Below, piece by piece: positions 53,870 through 64,000 of a stretch of 64,000 nt of DNA. A program made the position numbers and the translations under genes. Each line of letters starts with the position of its first letter. Position 1 is the stretch's first letter. The stretch covers positions 93,682,001-93,746,000 of the forward strand of contig OX597822.1 of assembly GCA_951406725.2 (NCBI GenBank). Direction: 5' to 3'. The notes beneath the pieces are model-generated. The model had not been told where the DNA came from, ran no database searches, and was given only the letters and a program-made list of their open reading frames with translations. This stretch comes from Octopus vulgaris. Taxonomy: Eukaryota.

Positions 53870-54046
53870 ATTCTAATGAAATGACCACAGTGGAACGAGA
53901 TTACAACAAATTCTAGTTAGATTTGAATTTATAATATAAAGGGACAAAACTCGAGTTAAATGCTGACATGAGAAGCATTGGAGGAGGGAGATAACTCTTA
54001 ATGAACTTTTGATACCGGTGTCGCAGGAAAACAATTTCAGGTAACG
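53870..54046 (+). promoter_or_regulatory. Candidate DPH7 promoter and non-coding first exon
   Basis: Non-repetitive, CpG-containing stretch ending in the strong donor CAG|GTAACG (54040/54041). The first coding exon has an upstream acceptor, so a 5' UTR exon is implied. Older repeats downstream of ~55.3 kb are CpG-decayed. Confidence 0.4.
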
Positions 54047-54566
54047 TGCATTTACTGCAAACTCTTGGATGAATTGTAAAGGAAACGGGACTAGTTCTGT
54101 AAAAGTCATTAATTACTTTAATAAATAAATATATCCATCCTATTTTATATATCGAATACTTTTCCTTAAATTGAGTTCTCACCGTTTCTTTATTAAGAGC
54201 ACAACAATTATTTACTATAAATCACTGAGAGAAATTATTTCATGTAAATGTCTAGACACCACCTTTTATACTATTTATTATAATCCTAATTGATCGCTCT
54301 TCCTTTAGACTTGCATTTTAAGACTTCAGAGAATTTTCTGTGTTATTAGTTGTCTGCTGCTCCGTTTAATATATCTTTGGAAGTTGGCGATAACAGAGTA
54401 CTTGACATTGACATTTAGCGTCAAATCAGCCGTGATATATAGATTTATGATAAAGTGTTCCAGTCGTGACCATCCCGTATTTTTGCATATATTTGCACAC
54501 TCATATATATGGCGATCCTTCGGTATAAGTACACACGTGACTTTGTTTACATTCTGTTCTCTTTCT

Positions 54567-55240
54567 AGCACGCCGGGCGAAATGCTTAGCGGTATTTCGT
54601 CTGCCGTTACGTTCTGAGAATTCTCAGTGATTTAGGCGGCGAGCTGGCAGAAACGTTAGCACGTCGGACGAATTGCGTAGCCGTATTTCGTCTGCCGTTA
54701 CGTTGTGAGTTCAAATTCCGCCGAGGTCGACTTTTCCTTTCATCCTTTCGGGGTCGATTAATTAAGTACCAGTTACGCACTGGGGTCGATGTAATCGACT
54801 TAATACCTATGTCTGTCCTTGTTTGTCCCCTCTGTTTTTAGCCCCTTGTGGGTAATAAAGAAATAGGTATTTCGTCTGCCGTTACGTTCTGAGTTCAAAT
54901 TCCGTCGAGGTCGATTTTGCCTTTCATCTTTTCGGGGTCGATAAATTAAGTACCAGTTACGCAGTGGAGTCGATGATGTAATCGACTTAATCCCTTTGTC
55001 TGTTCTTGTTTGTCCCCTCTATGTTTAGCCCCTTGTGGGCAATAAAGAAATAAGAATCGTTATCACGTCGGACAAAATGTTTATCTGTATTTCGTCCGTC
55101 GCTACGGTCTGAGTTCAAATTCCACCGAGGTCGACTTTGGCTTTCATCCTTTCGGGGTCGATGAGTACCAGTCGAAGACGAAGGTCGATGTAATCGTCTA
55201 GTTCCTTCCCAACAAACTTCAGGCCTTGCACCAGTAGTAA
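54567..55240 (+). mobile_element. Head-to-tail SINE A cluster
   Basis: Same arrangement and junctions as 18372-18988. Confidence 0.9.
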
Positions 55241-55747
55241 AAAGTACTGTTATTATTGCTGTTGAGATAATGTGTAAAGGAAGTTGGGCAAAGTGGAGCA
55301 ACGTTAAGTAACGTCCCTTGCCTAAAGGCACAATGCTCCTCCGGGAAAGGGAACTAAAATGAGTTTCTGTCCACTTGCCTAACAAATTGGTCAGCACTCC
55401 CTCTGAGAAAGAAGAGCCTGGGACATTAAAAGTCCTGGGAACTGGCTATATTGAGGGTGTTGTAGCTGCAGAGAGACACATAATGTGATGGAGAATGTAA
55501 CCAGAAGTTTGCCATCCAAGCAATTAAAGATGTACAACATATACGGGCAAGTAGCTTCATTAGAGAGTTCTAATACCAGCCTTGGCAAAATGCTTTATTA
55601 CCATGAGTCCACTCGGCTGGCAAAAATAAGTGTTAAGATCAACAGAATACCTGGTCAGTGTCAAGGTAGTACAGTAAGTAGGGTCAATGAGTTAGTGGTA
55701 TGATCAAAAGCCTTCGAGTATGAAAACTTTACTGTTTTTCTCTACAT

Positions 55748-55948
55748 CAGTGGTTTTCAACCAGGGTTCCGCCAGTACAGTCCAGGGGTTCCACAAGAAG
55801 TTACAAAACTGCTAAAATCGGCAGTAATTTTTAATTCTCCTGTACAGATATGTGTGCATAAGGCTATTAAATTATTGCACAGGGGTTCCCCGAGCCAGTG
55901 GAATGTTTCCTTGGGGTTCCGCTCCAGCAAAAAGTTTGAAAAGCACTG
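55748..55948. mobile_element. hAT-Charlie MITE
   Basis: TIRs; TSD CTCTACAT/GTCTACAT. Confidence 0.9.
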
Positions 55949-56144
55949 GTCTACATTAACAACCCATTTGTTGTTCTCTTAATTCACACACACAGAATTC
56001 TACATAATCAAATATCATATGAAAGGAGTCAGCTGTGGTTTGGTATAATACTTCAGAGCAAGACTCAATGTAAGCTAAGAGGGTAAAGGTATATATTTAA
56101 CTTTTGTTTCAGATGTTGTACAATTTCTTTTGAAAAATGACTCC

Positions 56145-57270
56145 ATCATCATCATCATCATTTAACGTCCGTTTTCCATGCTAGCATGGGTTGGACGGTT
56201 CGACCGGGGTCTGGGAAGCCAGGAGGCTGCACCAGGCTCCAGTCTGATCTGGCAGTGTTTCTACAGCTGGATGCCCTTCCTAACGCCAACCACACCGCGA
56301 GTGTAGTGGGTGCTTGCAGCCATAAACACTGAAGTGATTGGTACTTAGTATAATGAATTTTTAGTCACTGTTATATTAATTTGAGAGAAGTTTTAGAATA
56401 AATGTTTTGAAGCTTTTCTATAGATGGCATCCTACTGACCTATTTTGGAGTTAAACATTATAAACAATTAACACATTTACACTCTGTTGTATGTCACTGT
56501 GCATCTACAACAGAGTGTAAATGTCTTGAGAGAAAAATTGGATATAAGAGGCATCAGATGTTGTGCGCAAGAGAGAAGACTGCTGGTATGGTCATGTGAT
56601 GTGTATGGATGAGGACAGCTGCGTAAAGAAGTGCTGATCTCCAACTGTGGAGGGAACCTATGGAAGAGGTAGACTCAGGAAGACATGGGACGAAGTGGTG
56701 AAGTATGATGTTCAGATGTTGAGTCTCATGGAGGCAATGACAAGTGACAGAGACCTTTGGTGATTTGCTGTGCTTAAGAAGATATGTCAAGCTAAGTGAA
56801 ATCAGAGTCATGGTCAGTGCTGGTGACATGTGAAAGACACCCAGTACACTCTGTGGAGTGATTGGCATTTGGAAGAGCATCCAGCTGTAGAAACCAAGCC
56901 AAAACAGACTTGATACAGCTCTTTGGCTTACCAATCCCAGTCAAACTGTCTAACCCATGCTAGCATAGAAGACGGTCGTTAAATGATGATGATGATGATT
57001 GTAGCTATGGTTTGTGTACATCATCATCATCGTCATCACCATTTAACGTCTGCTTTCCATGTTAGCATGGGTTGGGCGATTTGACTGAGGACTGGCAAAC
57101 CAGATGGCTGCACCAGGCTCCAGTCTTGATCTGGCAGAGTTTCTACAGCTGGATGCCCTTCCTAATGCCAACCACTCCGAGAGTGTAGTGGGTGTTCTTT
57201 ACGTGCCACTGGCACAAGGGCCAGTCAGGTGGTACTGGCAATGGCCACACTCAAATGATGTTTTTTACGT
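56145..57270. mobile_element. RTE 3' fragment (+, ~56540-57000) flanked by two RTE-tail SINE fragments (-)
   Basis: ERRLLWYGHVMCMDEDSCVKKC...GRGRLRKTWDEVV; (GAT)n tails; related copy at ~61200-61490. Confidence 0.82.
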
Positions 57271-57357
57271 GCAATTTTTGGATATTGGATGAGACACTTG
57301 TATCATGCCCTAAGCATTATGTTGTGAGACCTTGGGTATTATAATACTCTATTTTAA

Positions 57358-57574
57358 CACTTTAGCATTTAGATTACTCTGTCAAGTGTAATGCTTAGCT
57401 ATTCACATTGCTTTGAATTAATCATGCATTACCTCATAGCTTCAAGATTTTGATGATGTGATTGTCTACTTTTTGAATGACACTGTAGTGTAGGTGTGAG
57501 AGGCAGGATCTGGTTGGTTTGAACTTAAAACAAGAATATTTGGGCTGGATATGGCTGGTTTAAATGTTAAAGGG
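57358..57574. mobile_element. piggyBac-like MITE
   Basis: TTAA|CACTTTAGCATTTA...TAAATGTTAAAGGG|TTAA. Confidence 0.75.
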
Positions 57575-57634
57575 TTAAAAATACTGCTTTAACATTAAGT
57601 CTCACATAAGGTTAGAATTCTATACTTAACTTAT

Positions 57635-57800
57635 AGGCGCAGGAGTGGCTGTGCGGTAAGTAGCTTGTCAACCAACCACATGGTTCCGGGTTCAGTCCCA
57701 CTGCGTGGCACCTTGGGCAAGTGTCTTCTACTATAGCCTCGGGCCGACCAAAGCCTTGTGAGTGGATTTGGTAGACGGAAACTGAAAGAAGCCTGTCGTA

Positions 57801-57840
<40 letters not shown>

Positions 57841-58040
57841 TGTGTGTGTTTGTGTGTCTGTGTTTGTCCCCTAGCATTGCTCGACAACCGATGCTGGTGT
57901 GTTTATGTCCCCGTTACTTAGCGGTTCGGCAAAAGAGACCGATAGAATAAGTACTGGACTTACAAAAGAATAATTCCCGGGGTCGAGTTGCTTGATTAAA
58001 GGCGGTGCTCCAGCATGGCTGCAGTCAAATGACTGAAACA
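57635..58040 (+). mobile_element. SINE family B, well-preserved copy
   Basis: GGCGCAGGAGTGGCTG head through GTAAAAGAGTAAAAGAGTA tail. Confidence 0.9.
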
Positions 58041-58113
58041 AGTAAAAGAGTAAAAGAGTAACTCTCAACTAATTGATTAATTGCTTCTACTTGACAGTGA
58101 TCCTTTGTCTTGA

Positions 58114-58311
58114 ATGGGACCAACTGTATTTGTGGATTTTTCCAAAACATTTCATAGTGTCAATAGAAAAGTCATGTTACATATCCTGTTGAATTGCAGT
58201 ATCCAAGTTGAAATTGTCAACACCATTCTTGTCATGTATAAAAATCCATTAAACTTTGTACAAAACACAGACAGTCAAACTATAACGTTTCCAACAAGAA
58301 CAGGAATCTGA
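58114..58311 (+). mobile_element. Non-LTR (RTE-like) RT fragment
   Basis: VFVDFSKTFHSVNR...IVNTILVMY...TGI (RT domains 3-4). Confidence 0.7.
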
Positions 58312-58578
58312 GTTTCCAACAAGACAGGATTTGATGGGTCTAAAGTCTGCACTGTGCTCAGCTGTCTACTTTATCATGGATTATTGGATGTCCTTCTTAA
58401 TAGCAACTACTTTACAATGTATATAGGGAGAGTTTGTTTTTTCATGGCACCAGCTTTAGTGAGATTGCCATGCAACTTGCAAAACTATGAATCACAAGAG
58501 AGTTGCCTTTATGCTAGGAGACAAAAGGATAAAGTATGAAAAAAGGGGCCAGAGCAGAACAGGTTTTTTGCTGTAGAG

Positions 58579-59662
58579 CAGTAGTTCTCAACCGTTTTTG
58601 TCTATAGACCTCTTTGGTTCATTTTTTGTTCAACTGGATCTCTAGAGCCATTCAATGTACATAAAATATCCTATAGTATTTTTACAAATAAATATTTATT
58701 TCTTTATTGCCCACAAGTGGCTAAACATAAAGGGGACAAACGGATTAAGTCGATTACATTGACCCCAGTGCGTAACTGGTACTTATTTAATTGACCCCGA
58801 AAGGATGAAAGGTAAAGTCGACCTCGGCGGAATTTGAACTCAGAACGCAGCGGCAAACGAAATACCGATTTCTTTACTGCCCACAAGGGGCTACACACAG
58901 AGGGGACAAACTGGGACAGACAAATGGATTAAGTCAATTACATTGACTCCACTGCGTAACTGGTACTTATTTAATCGACCCTGAAAGGATGAAAGGCAAA
59001 GTCGACCTCAGCGGAATTTGAACTCAGAATGTAACAGCAGACGAAATACTGCTAAGCATTTTGCCTGGCATGCTAACGATATTTACAAATAAATATTATC
59101 AGGAACTCTATAAAAAAAATTAAAGTATTTAGTGTATTGTAGAAGTATGAGCAATTTATTGCACATAAATTTTAGCAACAAAATCAGATCTTTTCAGTTT
59201 GACCGGCAGTTTTTTAAAATAATTTCCACGTAACTAAACACTTTTAAACTTTGTATACTGGTAGAATGTGTTTATAAAACATCTTTTTTTCTTGGCTTTA
59301 TTGAGAAAATTCTATAGTTTGTAAGATATTTGTTGTTGTTTTTCTTCAATTTCTGCAATTTCAACCAATCAATGACGTCTATTGAGGTGAAAACATTCTG
59401 TGCCGTATGAATGTCTCTCGTTTAAGAAACAGATTGGGTTTATTTACATTTCTGAAGAAAAAAAGATACCCGTTCCCCCCACCCCTAACCCTAACTCTAA
59501 CCCTAAAACAGATTAAAATGCAATAGATCGATACTAGGGTCATAATTATGGGTGACAATTTCATATGACACCGCTAGAAAAAACTGTCGGTCAAACCGAA
59601 AAGATCCACAAAATCTTATATGGGACCCGAAGGGCCATCTGGACCCCGGTTTAGAACCACTG
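58579..59662. mobile_element. hAT MITE with a nested SINE A dimer (58699-59080, -) and MITE M (59186-59607)
   Basis: Outer TSD CTGTAGAG/CTGTTGAG; SINE TSD TTTACAAATAAATATT; MITE M TSD ACAAAATC. Confidence 0.88.
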
Positions 59663-59979
59663 CTGTTGAGGAACTACATGGCTATTTACATTTCAGAAGA
59701 GAGAGTTGTGGGGTATGATATTTGGTGGAGTGAGGAAGAGATAAAAATGGTGGTGAAGAGGTGTCTGGGTGGACGGTCAAGGTATGAGGTAAGTAGAAGA
59801 TAGCATTTGGATGGATGAAGGGCATTTATTCTCTATGTATTGTTCTCTTTTCTTCTCTCCTTCCATTTCTTTTTACCTTTACATATTTTCTTGGTCATTT
59901 TTATCACTCGAATAATATATTTTATCAATTTCAGTTGTCTACAATCAATATAGAATGAAATAATTTTGAAAAGCCAATT

Positions 59980-60117
59980 ATGATTACAACACTTCAGACC
60001 CTTAAAACTAAGTTCTATGCTGATTCAGTAGAATGGTGTCCAGTTAGTAAAGATTCTTCAGTTCTACTTGTTGGTAATTATCAACTCGTTGAAGAATTAC
60101 AACGCTCAGAGCAACAG
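59980..60117 (+). CDS. DPH7: DPH7/WDR85 (diphthine methylesterase, WD40), first coding exon
   Basis: Translates as MITTLQTLKTKFYADSVEWCPVSKDSSVLLVGNYQLVEELQRSEQQ. ADSVEWCP...G(N/T)YQL is the DPH7 N-terminal signature. Acceptor TTTCAG ends at 59934; phase-0 donor CAG|GTAAAG at 60117/60118. Not in the ORF track. Confidence 0.93.
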
Positions 60118-62056
60118 GTAAAGTGATACTCTTTACTACTACTACTACTACTACTGTTGTTGTTGTTTAAGTTGTTTTATAAAAGCTTCACTCTGTATTT
60201 GGTCATTGTTACTATCTTTATATCTGGCCATGTTTGCACATCTCATACAGTTACATGTACAATACAGTGCCTTCACCCCGCCCCCCCACCTAGCAATGGA
60301 CTGATCCTCCTAAGTTGTTGTTATTGTTGTTGTTTTGTCCCCAGTTCATCCCCGGTCCAGCTGTGACCATCCCAACATTTCAAGTTCAGTTTCACTGTGT
60401 GGCACCTTAGGCAAGAGTCTTCTGCTGTAGATCTGGGCCAACCAAAGCCTTGTGAGTGAATTTGGTAGAGGGAAACTAAAAGAAGCCCGTTGTACGTGTG
60501 TGTGTGTGCTTATTTACATTTGCACTTTTCTGAAAATCGCTGAACAAGAAGAAGCAGTGATATTGTCAGTTCTTCTGCTAACAAATCATCCACTGGCTTT
60601 GCATTTTCGAAGAAGGAGGGAACTAGAGATCCCTTACTTTAAAAACAGGTTTGGGTTAGGGACAGAAAGAGCATCTGGTTGTAAAACAATACCTCAATAA
60701 TATACTCACCAAACTCATGCTGGGGTGGAAAAAACAGACATAAAGAGATGAACATTTACACTCACACATTCATGTGCATGCACACACACATACCTTATTA
60801 CAGATATAATTTTAGTTACATATGTATGTGATTCTCTATACCAAGTATTAGATTACACTTCACACTATATTTATCATACAGAAAGTAGCCCAAGGTATTT
60901 TTCTCCAGTGTTTGAGGTCTAACACTATTCAATATGTATTCCTTAAAAACCTATATATATCTCTAGTCAATCTAAAACCTTGCAGTCACAGTTAAACTAA
61001 GCTTTGCTGATAAGGTCATATAAGCCTGAAACATGTCCAGATTTGTCCCTATATTACCAACAATCAACACTACCCACTGGATATAATTAACTTTTATTAG
61101 TTCAAATTCCAGGATTGTCTCACTTTTCATGCCTGTAATTATTCACTTTGCTAATGATAATATTTATCATTAAGGATATAATTTTAACTAATCCGAGTGA
61201 GGTGGTTGCCAGTGCCACTGGACTGACTCCTGTGCAGGTGGCATGTACAAAACAGCATTTCGAGTGTGGCCATTGCCATTATTGCCAGACTGGCCCTCGT
61301 GCCGGTGGCATGTAAAAGCACCCACCACACTCTCGGAGTGGTTGACGTTAGGAAGGGCATCCAGCTGTAGAAATTCTGCTAGATCAGATTGGAGCCTGGC
61401 ACACCCATCTAGTTCGCCAGTCCTTAGTCAAATCGTCCAACCCATGCTAGCATGGAAAGCGGATGTTAAATGATGATGATGATGATGAATTAAAATTTCC
61501 TGTCACTCTACATTAAATACGTTATCACCTACTTTTGCTATTTGTTTTTATAGGTTTACCATTATTATTATTATTATTATATTATTATTATTATTATTAT
61601 TATTATTCTGCTGAGGTCAACTTTGTCTACAGCTTTTGGGTTTGATAAAATACCAGTTGAGCAGTTGAGTCAATGAAATTGACTGAGCAGTTGAGTCAAT
61701 GAAATTGACCAACTCCTCCCGTCAAAATTTCAAATTGTGTGCCTATATTAGAAAGAATTCTTCTTCATCTTCTTCTTATTATTATTAAGATGAAGAGCTG
61801 GCAGGATCATTAGCATGCCAGCTGCAATGTTTAGTAGCATTTCATCAGTCTTTGTTCTGAGTTCAAATTTCACCAGGGTCAATTTTGCCTTTCATCCTTT
61901 CAGGATCAATAAAATAAGTACCAGTCGAGTACTGGGCTCAGTGTAATCTCCTATCCCCATCTCCCAAACTTGCTGGCCTTGTGCCAAAATTTGAAACCGT
62001 TGTTGTTGTTATTATTATTATTATTATTATTGTTATTATTATTATCACTATTCTAG

Positions 62057-62364
62057 GATGAAGAGAACTCAAATGTGAACTGTCGAGTTGGTAGACTGTA
62101 TGTATATCAACTAAAATCAAAAGACTCTCAGGAACTGCTCTCCATTGACGAAGAGTTGAATCATTCCGGAATATTGGACATTAAATGGTTTCATTCAGAT
62201 CTTAACGGTCACTCGTCATTCGCCTTGGTCGATGCTGAAGGTCAACTATGTCTTTATCGTCTTGAAGGTGAAGACCAGAAGCATGTATCTTTGACCAGTT
62301 CTGAAGAATTAGATTCTAATGTTATTGGTTTATCCTTGGACTGGTCAATTCCTCAACAAACAAG
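62057..62364 (+). CDS. DPH7: DPH7/WDR85 second coding exon (gene continues beyond the window)
   Basis: TTCTAG acceptor, in frame with exon 1: DEENSNVNCRVGRLYVYQL...SGILDIKWFHSDLNGHSSFALVDAEGQLCLYRL...IGLSLDWS. This matches the DPH7 motifs R.GRL.LY, ILD.KW and LSLDWS. Donor AG|GTAAC at 62364 (phase 2). Confidence 0.93.
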
Positions 62365-62669
62365 GTAACAACAAGAAAAACTTTTTAGTCATTATTATAT
62401 TTACTGCCTTTGTCTGCATATATTTCCATGGGTTGGATTGTTTTATAAATTTAGATATTTGCTCAAGAATTTGTTAGATGCAATGTAGTCTTTTTAATGC
62501 TAACGTTTTTTCTTATAGTTTTATATATGTGTTTGTCTTCTGTATAACATAAAGTAGCTGTGTTTGTGATGTGTGGATTAGCTAGTTTTGAAGTCTTCTT
62601 TGAACAGTCAGATATCAGTTTACCTGGAAAGAAACAATACAATTATTAATACAGTTATTAATAAGAAGA

Positions 62670-62928
62670 GCATTTGCCATATTCTGAATGCCTTACTTCC
62701 CTGGGCATGGACACATTGAAACTCCGACGTCTGGCAGCTGACTTGGCAGACACCCATAAAATTATTAACCATCTTACAAACAATAACTCTGAGCACCTTT
62801 TCGAACTCCACCCGTCTAACACCCGTGGACATATTTACAAAGTCAGAAAACAGCACAGCTCCCATGACTTTAGGAAGCATTTTTTCACGCTGAGAGTTGC
62901 TGAAGCATGGAACAAACTGCCGGCATCA
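62670..62928 (+). mobile_element. CR1 fragment (DPH7 intron)
   Basis: PYSECLTSLGMDTLKLRRLAADL...RKHFFTLRVAEAWNKLP. Confidence 0.88.
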
Positions 62929-62929
62929 A

Positions 62930-63290
62930 AGGACTTTGTAAATATGAAATTTTTTCTTTCGTTGATGTCTTATTTAACATCCTTCAAACTAAAAGACATG
63001 ACATAGTATATTGTAAAGAGGAAATAAATAACACTAGCACTGTGCTCGAAAATAAACTCGATGGTTTTTTTCAGTATTTTATGTTAGATGGAAAATATGG
63101 AATCGATGCAGTAATCAAAATTAAGGGATCCAGGAATAAATCTATTGATCCCCAACATCATTATAGAATGTTCTATAACAAAAATATTGATACAATAGTT
63201 GACCAATTAAAAACGCTCTTAGAAGAGCTTAAATTCATAGAACTTTTCAATTTCAATGAGGAATATTGCAAACAATTTCCAGTGACACCC
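62930..63290 (+). mobile_element. hAT transposase C-terminal remnant
   Basis: EIFSFVDVLFNILQTKRHDIVYC...YRMFYNKNIDTIVDQLK...LKFIELFN resembles ZMYM/Tip100-type hAT transposases. Confidence 0.65.
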
Positions 63291-63357
63291 TCATTCAACG
63301 TCAACATAAAGGGACATAACTCAACCGATTCTGCTTATTACTGCTTTTCTACATTTA

Positions 63358-63950
63358 CGAGGTAGTATCACAAACTTCCCGGACTAGTTATGTTTAATGA
63401 AAAATAACTTATTTACCTAAGTTTAACATCCTGTCCTTCGAAATAGTCACCTTGCGCAGCAATACACCGGTCTCGGGGTTCCTGCCGCTTTTGGGCTGGA
63501 AGTTATTTTCCATAAGCGAGTTGAGGACCTGCTGCGATTCGTTCTGGATCTCGACCACGGTTGTTAAAACGGCGACTTTTGAGCTGCATTTTCATCTTGG
63601 GGAAGAGATGGAAGTCTGCAGGTACTAAATCTGGCGAATAGGGCAGATGCTGAAGCGATATCATGTTGGTTTTGGTGAGAAACTCACGAGTGAGGCGAGC
63701 TCGGTGAAGAATCCAATTCGCGTTCCACAGATCCGGTCGCTTTCGACACATCGCAGTAGAACTCTAAATTGACGGTTTGGCCGTGGGGGACGAATACCAT
63801 ATTTCTGGGGGTGACGCTCGTGGAAGGTCTTCCACATCAGTCATCGTCTTCGAGGGGCATTCTTCCGCTTTTGAAGCGCCCGTGCCACTCGAAACATTGT
63901 GTACAACCCATTGCCACGTCGCCGTAACCTTACCGAAGCATGCTCAATAT
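63358..63950 (-). mobile_element. Mariner (DD34D) remnant
   Basis: RKRPDLW...WILH...HLPYSPDLVPADFHLFPKMK; TA|CGAGG...CAAACTTCCCGGAC terminus. Confidence 0.88.
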
Positions 63951-64000
63951 TTCTTATTTCTTTATTGCCCACAAGGGGCTAAACATAGAAGGGACAAACA

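Noticed and set aside
62907-63365. Third DPH7 exon
   Set aside because: The ORF is a CR1/hAT-transposase chimera with no WD40 or DPH7 similarity.

Overview
Eukaryotic, AT-rich, repeat-saturated animal DNA. The tRNA-derived SINEs, very long (TA)n/(CATA)n/(TAA)n tracts and the TE spectrum point to an octopus (inference, not a database result). Most entries in the ORF track are microsatellite artefacts. The only recognisable host gene is the 5' end of DPH7/WDR85 (diphthine methylesterase), with two coding exons at 59980-60117 and 62057-62364 (+) and a probable upstream non-coding exon near 54.0 kb. The rest is decayed TEs: Tx1/L1, R4/Dong, RTE, CR1, Penelope (with hammerhead-like motifs), Tc1, mariner, hAT, several MITE families, non-autonomous Helitrons and three SINE families. 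The most unusual structure spans ~36.8-49.0 kb. A Helitron 3' end and Helitron-like internal sequence run directly into an ~8.5 kb macrosatellite of palindromic modules, and then into a ~2 kb array in which a conserved 49-bp double-hairpin repeat punctuates spacers built from two kinds of 10-bp units. That layout is CRISPR-like but is not a CRISPR. No intact novel protein-coding system is visible. TE boundaries are approximate unless TSDs are quoted.
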